From Escherichia phage Ptacy1537, in the sequence record PQ863254.1: 43,020 bases of DNA; one strand, 5' to 3'. Positions within the stretch are counted from its first letter, which is position 1. Every line of letters starts with the position of its first letter. Under the pieces are notes generated by a model, which was not told the origin of the DNA, did no database searches, and saw only the letters and a list, made by a program, of their open reading frames with translations. Of the stretch, positions 18,085 through 27,393 are shown piece by piece. The position numbers were made by a program, and so were the translations under genes.

Positions 18085-19061
18085 TGTATCAGCCGAATAG
18101 AATACGGGAGCGTGCCGCCAGCGCGGCTCCCATGTTCCACTCGAATGATAAGTGGACGCTGCTTAGTTGCGATGCGGATTCCATCATATACAACGTAGCG
18201 GCAACCACTAACAACATCGAGACGGCGAAGCGGCGCTTTGTGGACAAGGCGCTTACCTTACACTTCCTGGCAGACGCGGCGTTGTCACGGATGCACCTGA
18301 CGCCGAAGCACTGCCGCAAGGCTGGGCGATTCAACATCATCGCACAGAAACCATATCAGGCCAACCGGGAGCCAGGCTTCTTTGAAGACGGCACTCCAAA
18401 GCCGAGTAAGAAGCCTGCCCTGGTCGAGCCTCTGCGCTACGCCGTAGGGCGCGGCAAACTACTACTTCCACCGGAGATTGAGATAGTATTCAACGACGTG
18501 TTCGAGGCCGATGACTCAGTGGTTACTGAGTGTACGACCTACGGAGACGACGCAATCTATTACTCCGAGGATAAGGACTTAGATTGTCTACGAAACAGGA
18601 AGTTATGTCAGAAGACGTTGCAGGTGCTCCCGGCTCTGCCGTCGTCTTTGCTGGGTACTCTGGAGCTGGTCGAGTTATCAGCTTCGAAGAAAGTGGCTGG
18701 TCGCGGCCCTTTGTTCTTCTGGGCTCAGATGTTGATGGGCGACACCGCCGACAACATCAAGGGCATCCTCAAGATGCATGGGAAGCTCTGTGGGCCTGCG
18801 AAGACCTTTGAGGAGCTGGAGGTATTCAGTGGTGCCCCAAGCTACCGAGAGGCGGATGTAGCCCGCGTAGTCTTGGAGCATTACAGAGCCATCGACCAGA
18901 ACCCGTGGCCGGAAGCCTGGCTTCTGTGGCTGTACCCCACACCATCATTCACATTCTACCACTACCTGCTTAGCTTGGGTGTGTTAGACGATTCGGAGTT
19001 AGGACGATGGCTGATGAAGAAAAAGGCGGAGCAGTGGTTCCGCGTCCCGGACAGCGAGTAA
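18084..19061 (+). CDS. 5'-3' exonuclease (FEN-like, T7 gp6-like)
   Basis: 325 aa. Acidic metal-binding clusters (SCDADS, FEADD) and a MGDTADNIKGI helix-hairpin-helix-like motif typical of flap endonuclease family nucleases. Confidence 0.7.
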   Translation: MYQPNRIRERAASAAPMFHSNDKWTLLSCDADSIIYNVAATTNNIETAKRRFVDKALTLHFLADAALSRMHLTPKHCRKAGRFNIIAQKPYQANREPGFFEDGTPKPSKKPALVEPLRYAVGRGKLLLPPEIEIVFNDVFEADDSVVTECTTYGDDAIYYSEDKDLDCLRNRKLCQKTLQVLPALPSSLLGTLELVELSASKKVAGRGPLFFWAQMLMGDTADNIKGILKMHGKLCGPAKTFEELEVFSGAPSYREADVARVVLEHYRAIDQNPWPEAWLLWLYPTPSFTFYHYLLSLGVLDDSELGRWLMKKKAEQWFRVPDSE

Positions 19062-19234
19062 AGATTGTCCGGCACGAACCAGAGGCAAATAATTATTCGT
19101 GCCTAGCCGATTGGGGGCCTGCGTTTTCAGTAGGAACTGAACACACAGTGCACTCTTTACACGGCATTGAAGTTACCCTTAAAGAGCACGAAGTACCGTG
19201 CCTTCTCCTTAGCGAAATTGAGGTATTATCATGA
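19007..19234 (+). CDS. Small hypothetical protein (doubtful)
   Basis: 75-aa ORF overlapping the exonuclease 3' end in another frame. Its stop forms an ATGA overlap with the next gene. Confidence 0.3.
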   Translation: MADEEKGGAVVPRPGQRVKIVRHEPEANNYSCLADWGPAFSVGTEHTVHSLHGIEVTLKEHEVPCLLLSEIEVLS

Positions 19235-19599
19235 AGAACATTATCGACGTTAACCCAATGACTCGTGTATTCCTGGCGAGCGAGCTGGGCGACCAGATTC
19301 AGCGCGGCCTGTTTAAGCAGGTCGGCCAGATTCGCACCGAGTATGTGCAGAAGAACATTGAGGGTGAAGAATCCTCAATCGTACAGCGCAGCGTTACGGC
19401 GGTGATTCACGACCTGCACCTGGACAAGTTCTACGAGATTGAGCAGTATCGTGGCCTGGCCATTCGCGCCGAGATTGGCGACGAGGAGATGCTGGGGCAC
19501 ATCCGGGAGCTGTTGCCTACCCTGGGCGACGACGAGGGCTTCGTGTACGACCAGCGCATTGAGCGCGGCGTGGAGTATCTGGAGAGTGCTGATGCATAA
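19231..19599 (+). CDS. Hypothetical protein
   Basis: 122-aa acidic ORF with GAGG upstream. Confidence 0.55.
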   Translation: MKNIIDVNPMTRVFLASELGDQIQRGLFKQVGQIRTEYVQKNIEGEESSIVQRSVTAVIHDLHLDKFYEIEQYRGLAIRAEIGDEEMLGHIRELLPTLGDDEGFVYDQRIERGVEYLESADA

Positions 19600-20032
19600 A
19601 CTTACCCGCGCCCAGCAGGTAGCCTGGGCGAAGCAGGAGCTGAGCAACGGGCGCGGTTGTCCGTTGTGTCTCCGTAGCTGGCAGACGATTATCGCAGAAG
19701 CTGAACAGCGCGGCAGTCGGCAAGCCCCTTACGTTGTGGACCACGACCACATTACCGGCGAAGTACGTGGCCTCCTGTGTCGTGGCTGTAACGGGGCCGA
19801 GGGAAAGGTAACAAACGCCGTAGCCGCCTGGGGTAAGACCGGGCACGATTACGCTAAGATTCTGGCCTGGCTTGACCGCATGGTTAAGTATCTTAAGGGT
19901 CCCGGCAAGGGTGTTATGTATTCGACGCACGTGCTGGCCGAAGACAAAGCACGCAAGGCAGCAGACCGCCGTAAGGAGCAGGCACAGGCCCGCGCTAAAG
20001 CACGACGTCAACAAATTCAACGAGGTAAGTAA
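19592..20032 (+). CDS. Endonuclease VII-like (His-Me finger) DNA junction-resolving nuclease
   Basis: Start at ATG 19592. CPLC...VVDHDHITGEVRGLLCRGCNGAEG matches the Cys4 zinc / HxH-N pattern of T4 gp49-type endonuclease VII. Basic C-terminal tail. Confidence 0.6.
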   Translation: MHKLTRAQQVAWAKQELSNGRGCPLCLRSWQTIIAEAEQRGSRQAPYVVDHDHITGEVRGLLCRGCNGAEGKVTNAVAAWGKTGHDYAKILAWLDRMVKYLKGPGKGVMYSTHVLAEDKARKAADRRKEQAQARAKARRQQIQRGK

Positions 20033-21066
20033 TGGCTAAGGTAACACTTCGCAATCTATTCACCAAAGAGCAACACACTTTAATCCTGGGCCGCTTTCTG
20101 GATAACGTAACCGCGTCAGACGCATATAACGTGACCGCAGCCTACGGGGAAGTACCTACCTTCAAAGAGCTGGCCGAGTTCACTAAGACTCTGGGCGAGG
20201 CAGAGCAACTGGTATCGCGGCAGCTGGTTCGATTCTGGCGTCAAATCTTTATCGACCACGACGGCAGCCGGGCCAAGACCACTCGCGACATTATCAGCGA
20301 ACGTAAGCTGATTCAGCCCAGCCCCTCCGATGATGTGGGTGAGACGACTGTTCCGAAGGTGGCCCGCCGTATCATGACCATTGGCGATACCCATGCGCCG
20401 TATACCCATCCCGACGCATTGGCCTTCCTGGAGAGCCTGAAGGTTAGCTACAACCCGGATGTCGTTGTCCATATGGGTGATGAGACTGACGGGCATGCAA
20501 TCAGCTTCCACGACAGCGACCCTAACCTGGACAGTGCTGGTGTAGAGTTGGAGAAGGCTAAGACCTGGTTGGAGAAACTCCATGATATATTCCCGGAATT
20601 GTTGGTGTGTGACTCCAATCATGGTTCACTCATTTATCGCCGTGCAAAGGCTCACGGTCTTCCTATCCAGTTCATCAAGAAGTATCGCGATATTTTGTTC
20701 CCAGCACACGGGGCACCGGGCTGGTCCTGGGCTGACGCATGGGTACTTGATACACCGCTCGGTGTTGTGCGTTTCCAGCATCAAGTCTCTGGTGACTTCA
20801 TGCTTAATGCCTCACACGAACGTACCAGCCTGGTCCTGGGCCATGAGCACGGCCGCTTTGAAGTCCAGTATGCAGCTTCAAGCACTGCCCTTTACTTTGG
20901 GGCATACGCGGGATGTCTTATCGACAGAAAGAGCATGGCGTTCGCCTACGGCAAGTTGACGCGTAAGAAGCCAATCCTGGGTTGCTTGGTCATTACCGAC
21001 GGCGCTCCTCAGTTAATCCCAATGCTCCTGGACGACGATGGTCGCTGGGTAGGGCGTAAGAAATGA
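20032..21066 (+). CDS. Calcineurin-like metallophosphoesterase
   Basis: 344 aa. Motifs GDTHAP (D-x-H), HMGDETDGH (GDxxD) and CDSNHGS (GNH-like) in the canonical order. Confidence 0.65.
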   Translation: MAKVTLRNLFTKEQHTLILGRFLDNVTASDAYNVTAAYGEVPTFKELAEFTKTLGEAEQLVSRQLVRFWRQIFIDHDGSRAKTTRDIISERKLIQPSPSDDVGETTVPKVARRIMTIGDTHAPYTHPDALAFLESLKVSYNPDVVVHMGDETDGHAISFHDSDPNLDSAGVELEKAKTWLEKLHDIFPELLVCDSNHGSLIYRRAKAHGLPIQFIKKYRDILFPAHGAPGWSWADAWVLDTPLGVVRFQHQVSGDFMLNASHERTSLVLGHEHGRFEVQYAASSTALYFGAYAGCLIDRKSMAFAYGKLTRKKPILGCLVITDGAPQLIPMLLDDDGRWVGRKK

Positions 21067-21560
21067 ACCGTAAGACGGTAATCGTATGGGACCTAGACGG
21101 CACGCTGCGGGACGGTAAGCACCGTCTCCACCTTCTCCCGACAGGCGACTATAGCAATCCTGATAGTTGGTTGCCCTTTAACATGGCGTGTGGTGGTGAT
21201 TCTCCAATCTGGGACAACATAGAACTTCTTAGAAGCCAGGCGATGGCCGGATATCACATCGTACTTCTAACGTTCTGCGACGACCGTGCTATGCAGACTA
21301 CTAAGGAGTGGCTGGCACGCCATTACATACCGTACAACCGACTTATCATGAGGGACATAGATGGTGGTCGGGATGTAGACTTTAAGGAGCAGCGCCTGCG
21401 CTCTATAGGCGTCAACAATATACTGTGTATGTTCGACGACTCAGAGCATGTAGTAAAGCACGTGCGGCGGATGGGTATAACCTGTCACCAAGTAACCCAC
21501 TACGAAGAGAGTGAGAAACACGCACACCTTAAAAGCAGCGAGGAGCTGAGCAATGAGTAA
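21063..21560 (+). CDS. HAD-family phosphatase resembling the 3'-phosphatase domain of T4 polynucleotide kinase
   Basis: 165 aa. N-terminal VIVWDLDGTL (DxDGT). MAGYHIVLLT and C-terminal FDDSEHVVKHVRRMGITCHQV parallel the remembered T4 Pnk phosphatase sequence. 4-nt overlap with the upstream gene. Confidence 0.6.
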   Translation: MNRKTVIVWDLDGTLRDGKHRLHLLPTGDYSNPDSWLPFNMACGGDSPIWDNIELLRSQAMAGYHIVLLTFCDDRAMQTTKEWLARHYIPYNRLIMRDIDGGRDVDFKEQRLRSIGVNNILCMFDDSEHVVKHVRRMGITCHQVTHYEESEKHAHLKSSEELSNE

Positions 21561-22128
21561 GACGAAGGACATTATCATCCTGAACGGGCCGCCAGGCAGC
21601 GGTAAGGATGCCGTGTGCCGCGAGTTCGTGAAGTTATGCGGCGCGGAGCATCTTGAGGTTAAGGCGCGACTATTTGACCTGGCACTGTCAATTAGTGGAC
21701 TGGACCCTAAAGTGTGGTGGGGGCTGTATAATAATCGGGAGACTAAGGAGAAGCCGTCACCTCTCTTTGGTGGACTTTCCCCACGTGGGTTCATGATTTA
21801 CATCAGCGAGCAAGTTATGAAACCCCTGTTTGGGGGTGACTACTTCGGCAAATACGCAGCTACATCGGCCGCATCCAGCCCTAAAGGATGTGTAATATTC
21901 ACGGACGGTGGATTCCGGGAGGAGGTTAAACTTCTCGCAGAGGTTGGAAATGTGCACCTTGTGCATCTCTACCGGGACGGGTACTCCTTCGACGGCGACA
22001 GCCGAAGCTATCTATCACCGGACGAACCATTCCTGTCCACCTACCTGCGTATCGACCAGGTAGAGGGCGAGCTGGGGTATGCTGTTGGGCAGCTGAAATC
22101 CCACATGCTTGAGTGGTGGCTTAAATGA
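21553..22128 (+). CDS. P-loop kinase (polynucleotide 5'-kinase or dNMP kinase-like)
   Basis: 191 aa. Walker A GPPGSGKD near the N-terminus. 8-nt overlap with the phosphatase gene. Confidence 0.6.
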   Translation: MSKTKDIIILNGPPGSGKDAVCREFVKLCGAEHLEVKARLFDLALSISGLDPKVWWGLYNNRETKEKPSPLFGGLSPRGFMIYISEQVMKPLFGGDYFGKYAATSAASSPKGCVIFTDGGFREEVKLLAEVGNVHLVHLYRDGYSFDGDSRSYLSPDEPFLSTYLRIDQVEGELGYAVGQLKSHMLEWWLK

Positions 22129-22280
22129 CATTCTACGAACTTATCCAATCCGGCGTAATTCGCCATATCGACTGCCTGATGGAAACCGGGCGGGAAGATG
22201 AAGCACTAGCCCTGATTGAAGAATGGGTATCACAGCATCCAGAATTAGTGGATGCATTCCGGGAACACTTTAAGGAGTAA
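22125..22280 (+). CDS. Small hypothetical protein (below the ORF-track cutoff)
   Basis: Manual translation gives 51 aa (MTFYELIQSGVIRHIDCLMETGRED...). ATGA overlap with the kinase stop. Ends just before the RNA polymerase start. Confidence 0.3.
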   Translation: MTFYELIQSGVIRHIDCLMETGREDEALALIEEWVSQHPELVDAFREHFKE

Positions 22281-22282
22281 AC

Positions 22283-24778
22283 GTGGCTACACTCGCAGAC
22301 CAATTGGCGTTTGAAATCAAGCACCGCGACCTCGGCCGTGAACGTATGGCGGCTATTATCCAGTCAGCTGGGGAGCAGGGTAGATTGACAGACACGCCGT
22401 TGGGTACGGGTGTGCTCCGTCGATACCTGCAACGCCTCTCTGAAACCATCTCACTGGACATCACTGAGGAGCTGGGCGTACCGGGCCGCTCTAAGCAGTA
22501 CGCTGTATTGCTGAAGAACATGGACCCGGACGTACTGGCCCTGGTGTCTCTGGATACCGTCATCGAACATCTTGAGATGAGCGATGAGGAGGAGGATTCA
22601 GTACCCCTGGGTAGTATGGCATCTGCGATTGGCCGGGCTATTCACAGTGAGATTATCTTGACGGAGTTCAAGGACATATCGCCGGACTTATACGAGGTAC
22701 TGACTAACAGCCTCAAGTCGCGAATGAGCAAGAACCTCCGGCACAAGATGGCAGTGTACAAGATGCAGGCCGCTGAGCAAGGTCTGGTTCTGCCAGAGTG
22801 GACGACGGCACAGCGTGCACAGGTCGGCTCATACCTCATCGGTCTGCTGATTAACATGGGTGTGCTGGAACAGTTCACACGTTGGATTAAGCGCAAGTCC
22901 GTATACTGTGTCTCGCTGGGTACGGATGTGGTCGAATTGATGGAGGCCATCAGGGAGCGCGTAATTGAGCGCTCAGGCTTCGCAGCACCCTGCCTAATAC
23001 CACCGGAACCCTGGACCGGAGAAGAGGGCGTAGGGGGCTTCCACGGAGCTCTGAAGCTACGTGCCCCTCGCTTCTTCAAAGGAACATCCGAGCAGCTGGA
23101 GATAATGCAGACGGAAGGGTGTGACCTGACCACCACCCTGGCCGCGTTGAATTTCCAGCAGAGGGTAGCATGGAAAGTCAACCCATTCGTGCATAAGCTG
23201 GCCCTGTTAATGCTCCAGTACCGCTACGAGTTGAAGAAGTCAATCACTTCGGTGGCGTACTACCCGAAGCCTGACAGGCCCGAGTGGCTCGACCTCTGCG
23301 ACGATATGTCCAAGATATCGCCGAGGCAGAAGGAAGAGTTCGACAAGTGGAAGCTGGCCACCCGAGACTGGCACACAGAGAACAAGAAACGTGCCCGCAT
23401 TGAGGTGCGTATGCGCTTGGCCCTGGCAGCTGCGCGGGACTTCGGTGAGCTTGAGCGCTTCTACTTCGTATGCCAGGCAGATGACCGGGGCCGGGAATAC
23501 TTCTGCTCCGGGCCGCTTAACCCGCAGGGAAGTGACCTACAGAAAGCCCTGCTGCACTCCGCAGTAGGTGGGCCTGTAGACACTCCAGAGGCTGTGTTCT
23601 GGTTTAAGCTAAACATCGCCACGAAGTATGGCATTGACAAACTGGCTCCGGCCGACTGTATAAAATGGGTGGATGATAACCATGACAACATTATCTCGGC
23701 GGCGGCTGACCCTCTTAATCGCGAAGCATTTGACTGGTGGGCACAGGCCGATAAGCCGCTACAGTTTATCGCGGTGTGCGACGAGTATCGCCGTTGGGTT
23801 GAAGACCCTGTGGGTTTTGAGGCTCGAATCGCAGTCTCTATGGACGGGACGTGTAACGGCCTTCAGAACTATTCCGCGCTACTTAGGGACCCCATTGGTG
23901 GACGCGCTACGAATCTCATTAGCGCCGAATCTGGAATACCTAATGACATATACGGTGACGTGGCCCTCGCCGCTTTTAAGAGGCTCGAAGCTGACGTGGG
24001 CGGAATTTACAGACCCGGCTGGCTACTACACGGATTCAACCGAAAGCTGACGAAGCCGTCGGTCATGACCCAGGTGTACGGCTCGACGTTCGGTACGTGT
24101 CGCAAGTCCATTGTGTCGTACTGTGTAGAGCGGGCGCTGTTTGAGGATGAGCAGTATGAGCACGCTGATTACGCTGCACGTCTGGTCTGGGAAGGGATTG
24201 GAGATGTTGTTGTTGCAGCACGGGAATGTATGGAGTGGCTACGCAAGTGTGCCGGACTCATTATGGCTGAGGGTGCTGAGTTCATATCCTGGCCTGCTCC
24301 TTCGGGATTCAGGGTAGTCCAGGTGTACCGCAAGCCAAAGCTGGTGCAGGTAAGGGCGCACATCGGCAAGAGTGTGTCATATGCAATCCAGGTGGCGGTG
24401 GATGACACCGACGACCAGGACAAGATTCGACACCGAAATGCCTTCCCACCCAATTTCATCCACAGCGTCGACGCAAGCCACTTAGCAATGGTGGCTGTGG
24501 GTATGGGTTCCCTACATGAACAGATGCGCTTAGAGGGCCGCCTATCGAAGATTTGGGCTAATGAAAGTGTGTTCCTGCACTTCATCCATGACGACTTCGG
24601 TGCATTGCCACATATGGCGGCTGACTTGGCACGCATAATTCGTGAGAAGTTTGTTGAAATGCACGAGAATTATGACATTGAGTCTATCAGAAAGGACTAC
24701 TGGTTCCTCCCAGAATCTCCGAAGAAAGGCTCATTAGATATTCGTTGTGTACTCGACAGTATTAACTTCTTCCGTTGA
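22283..24778 (+). CDS. Single-subunit DNA-dependent RNA polymerase (T7 RNAP-like)
   Basis: 831 aa. GTG start with AAGGAG 6 nt upstream. C-terminal region has the T7 RNAP-type motif IHDDFG and the palm-domain FIHSVDASH. Confidence 0.9.
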   Translation: MATLADQLAFEIKHRDLGRERMAAIIQSAGEQGRLTDTPLGTGVLRRYLQRLSETISLDITEELGVPGRSKQYAVLLKNMDPDVLALVSLDTVIEHLEMSDEEEDSVPLGSMASAIGRAIHSEIILTEFKDISPDLYEVLTNSLKSRMSKNLRHKMAVYKMQAAEQGLVLPEWTTAQRAQVGSYLIGLLINMGVLEQFTRWIKRKSVYCVSLGTDVVELMEAIRERVIERSGFAAPCLIPPEPWTGEEGVGGFHGALKLRAPRFFKGTSEQLEIMQTEGCDLTTTLAALNFQQRVAWKVNPFVHKLALLMLQYRYELKKSITSVAYYPKPDRPEWLDLCDDMSKISPRQKEEFDKWKLATRDWHTENKKRARIEVRMRLALAAARDFGELERFYFVCQADDRGREYFCSGPLNPQGSDLQKALLHSAVGGPVDTPEAVFWFKLNIATKYGIDKLAPADCIKWVDDNHDNIISAAADPLNREAFDWWAQADKPLQFIAVCDEYRRWVEDPVGFEARIAVSMDGTCNGLQNYSALLRDPIGGRATNLISAESGIPNDIYGDVALAAFKRLEADVGGIYRPGWLLHGFNRKLTKPSVMTQVYGSTFGTCRKSIVSYCVERALFEDEQYEHADYAARLVWEGIGDVVVAARECMEWLRKCAGLIMAEGAEFISWPAPSGFRVVQVYRKPKLVQVRAHIGKSVSYAIQVAVDDTDDQDKIRHRNAFPPNFIHSVDASHLAMVAVGMGSLHEQMRLEGRLSKIWANESVFLHFIHDDFGALPHMAADLARIIREKFVEMHENYDIESIRKDYWFLPESPKKGSLDIRCVLDSINFFR

Positions 24779-24870
24779 TTCGTAATACTCTATGTACGGC
24801 TGACGATTAGTCAGACGATATACAGTGTTATATTATGTGTTATTAAGTGAGTATAATTAATTAATAATCT

Positions 24871-24895
24871 GATTAGTTATACTCTAAGAACACTG
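24871..24895 (+). promoter_or_regulatory. Candidate phage RNA polymerase promoter (copy 1 of a 25-nt consensus)
   Basis: CTGATTAGTTATACTCTAAGAACAC. Shares the core TATACTCTAAGAACAC (CATACTCTAAGAACAC in the third copy) with 28186-28210 and 39376-39400. Lies 12 nt upstream of a gene start in an intergenic gap. Confidence 0.6.
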
Positions 24896-24907
24896 AACGA
24901 GGTAACT

Positions 24908-25087
24908 ATGTCTCAAGATAAACAAGTCGTGCAGGTTGTCACACATCGGCTGTCGCCGGAAGCGTACATCCAGCTCGAACGTCAATGCCCTGCTCCTGCG
25001 TTAAGCAATAACCCTGATAGTGCCGCGTACAACCTTGGCGTGCAGTTCGTGCTGGCCAAGCTACGCGAAGGGTTTGTGGTGGGCTAA
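24908..25087 (+). CDS. Small hypothetical protein
   Basis: 59 aa. GAGG 6 nt upstream. TAATG overlap with the next gene. Confidence 0.45.
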   Translation: MSQDKQVVQVVTHRLSPEAYIQLERQCPAPALSNNPDSAAYNLGVQFVLAKLREGFVVG

Positions 25088-25509
25088 TGGACGTACAGCT
25101 TAACTTGAAAGAGCCGGGGGATGTTACGGAGGGCATCAACTTCCTGAAACACTCCCACTGGCAGAGTAACCCAAACTTTCAGCATTTCCACAGCTACACC
25201 GGATGGATGCGCCTAGTGCAGGAGCTAATCGAGACCAACTACCGGGCAGAGGGTCTGGTGGTGGGAGTAGACGGTACTGTGCTGGCGGCCACCATATGGT
25301 CTCCAGTTACCGACCTGCACTACGGGGATGTGGCCTACCCAATAGCCCACATGATTGACCCGTTCTGGAGAGGTAACGTGGATATGCTGAGGGCAGTGTC
25401 CAAACTGCGGCGGGCGTGTGTGGCGTCTCTGGGTACTGAATGGTATCTTGACGTGCGGCACACTTCTGAACGTGAACAACGACAACGACTCAGGAGTATC
25501 AATGGGTAA
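25087..25509 (+). CDS. Hypothetical protein
   Basis: 140-aa ORF. In the position of T7 gene 6.5-7.3 class small virion or accessory proteins. Confidence 0.55.
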   Translation: MDVQLNLKEPGDVTEGINFLKHSHWQSNPNFQHFHSYTGWMRLVQELIETNYRAEGLVVGVDGTVLAATIWSPVTDLHYGDVAYPIAHMIDPFWRGNVDMLRAVSKLRRACVASLGTEWYLDVRHTSEREQRQRLRSING

Positions 25510-25891
25510 GGTTTTTAAGAAAATCTCCAAGCCCTTCAGTAAGCTGTTAGGTGCCGTAACGGGTGCCAACGCTACTAAGGCGGCTGCGGCATCTCAGGCT
25601 CGGCAAATGGAGGAGCAGCGTAAGCAGGAGCAGGTGGCGGCGCAAGCGGCAGCACAGAATGCACGTGACCAGGCGGCTGCGGCGCAGGATTCTATTGAGA
25701 ATACCATCGCCAGGGACGCGGCAACAAGGGCGGCGGCAGATGCGCAGGCTCAGGCCCAGCTGGATAACAACCAGCAGGTCGATATTGCTGCATCGCAGGA
25801 CACTACGTCCACGGACTCCAGCGGCCGTAAGCTGGCGTCGCGTGATAAGTTCCAAAGCCGGGGTAACGGCAACACAGGACTGCGCTTATGA
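25502..25891 (+). CDS. Hypothetical A/Q-rich protein (possible small virion protein)
   Basis: ATG at 25502 with AGGAG upstream. 129 aa, low-complexity A/Q-rich. The ORF-track start at 25418 is unlikely. Confidence 0.5.
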   Translation: MGKVFKKISKPFSKLLGAVTGANATKAAAASQARQMEEQRKQEQVAAQAAAQNARDQAAAAQDSIENTIARDAATRAAADAQAQAQLDNNQQVDIAASQDTTSTDSSGRKLASRDKFQSRGNGNTGLRL

Positions 25892-27393
25892 GTAATTCCG
25901 CAAAGCACCGCTACGGCCAGCTACAGGCTAAACGCTCTGGATTGGAGACACGTAGTGAACGCTATGCGGAGCTGACAATCCCGTCTATCTGCCCACGTGA
26001 CGGATACGATGAAGGGACTCAGGAGCTGAACCTGGATTACCAAAGTGTGGGTGCGCAGTGTGTGAACAACCTCGTCAACAAGATGATGCTGGCTCTGTTC
26101 GCACCGTCTCGCCCATTCTTGCGTCTCGACCTTCCGGCCTCAACTCAGAAGGCATTAACTGAGGCGCTGGGTATATCGGATGCTCAGCTTCGTGAGCAGC
26201 TCGCCATAGCAGAGAAGGAGGCCATGAAGGTGCTCGACAAGAGCGCGTCGCGGCCCACTCTGTACGAACTGATGGCACACCTGGCCGTAACAGGTAACTG
26301 CGCCAGGTACATGGAAGACGGCGTTATGCGCATCTTCGGCATTAAGCAGTACGTAGCCCGGCGTAACAACAAGGGCCTTCTGGTGGAGATTATCACCACT
26401 GAGAAGGTCTGCGTGGAAGACTTGCCACAGGAAGTACAGGCATTCGCACGACAGGGTGACAAGGAGGTGTGCTACTACCGTTGGTGGAAGTGGGACGAGA
26501 AGCGGCAGCTGTTCTTCGAGAAGCAGTACGTAGAAGACACCCTGGTGGATATTCCGAAGTACATGGGACAGTACAAGCGCCAGGACATGCCAATCCAGGC
26601 ACACTGCTGGCGGCTGCCTAGCGGGAAACACTACGGCATCGGGATGGTTGAAGACTACGTTGCTGACCTGGAAGGGTTGAGCATGTTGTCCGAGGCAGAG
26701 GTTAACGGTGCTATCCTGGCATCGGAGTTCCGGTGGCTGGTTAACCCCGGCGGACAGACTCGCCCCGAAGACTTCAAGACTACCCGAAACGGCGATAGCA
26801 TCCCCGGCCAGAAGGGTGACGTTGAGCTGGTGGTGGCGGCAGAAGCGGCGGCGGCGTTGCAGATTGTCGGCGGCGTTGCGGAGAAGTACATTCGGCGCAT
26901 CGGTTCTGCATTCTTAATGGCTCAGAGTATTCAGCGGGATGCTGAGCGTGTGACGGCGGAAGAGATTCGCATCCTGGCTAACGAGCTGGAAACCACCCTG
27001 GGTGGCATCTACTCGCGGCAGGCTGTGGACTTACAGCTTCCCCTGGCGTACTGGATGCTTGAACAGGTGGATATGCAGGTGCTCGGTGATTCCGAGCTAC
27101 AGCCAACCATCATCACAGGTCTGGATGCCCTTAGTCGAAATGGAGACCTGGAGAACCTCCAGATGTTCATGAACGACTGTATGCCATTTATCACAATGCC
27201 GCCAGAGTTCGCTGATTACTTCAAGCTACCGAGCATATTCGCAGACCTGGCAGCAGGGCGGGGCATCATGTCCAGTACGTACCTGAACGACCAAGGCACC
27301 GTGGATACTCTGCGGCAGCAACGGCAGCAGCAGCTTACTCAGCAGCAGCAAGACTTAATGGCCCAAGAGGCCGCACTTAAAGGACAGAAATAA
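25888..27393 (+). CDS. Portal (head-tail connector) protein, T7 gp8-like
   Basis: 501 aa. Position and size fit T7-like structural-module synteny (portal, scaffold, capsid). Q-rich C-terminus. Confidence 0.75.
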   Translation: MSNSAKHRYGQLQAKRSGLETRSERYAELTIPSICPRDGYDEGTQELNLDYQSVGAQCVNNLVNKMMLALFAPSRPFLRLDLPASTQKALTEALGISDAQLREQLAIAEKEAMKVLDKSASRPTLYELMAHLAVTGNCARYMEDGVMRIFGIKQYVARRNNKGLLVEIITTEKVCVEDLPQEVQAFARQGDKEVCYYRWWKWDEKRQLFFEKQYVEDTLVDIPKYMGQYKRQDMPIQAHCWRLPSGKHYGIGMVEDYVADLEGLSMLSEAEVNGAILASEFRWLVNPGGQTRPEDFKTTRNGDSIPGQKGDVELVVAAEAAAALQIVGGVAEKYIRRIGSAFLMAQSIQRDAERVTAEEIRILANELETTLGGIYSRQAVDLQLPLAYWMLEQVDMQVLGDSELQPTIITGLDALSRNGDLENLQMFMNDCMPFITMPPEFADYFKLPSIFADLAAGRGIMSSTYLNDQGTVDTLRQQRQQQLTQQQQDLMAQEAALKGQK

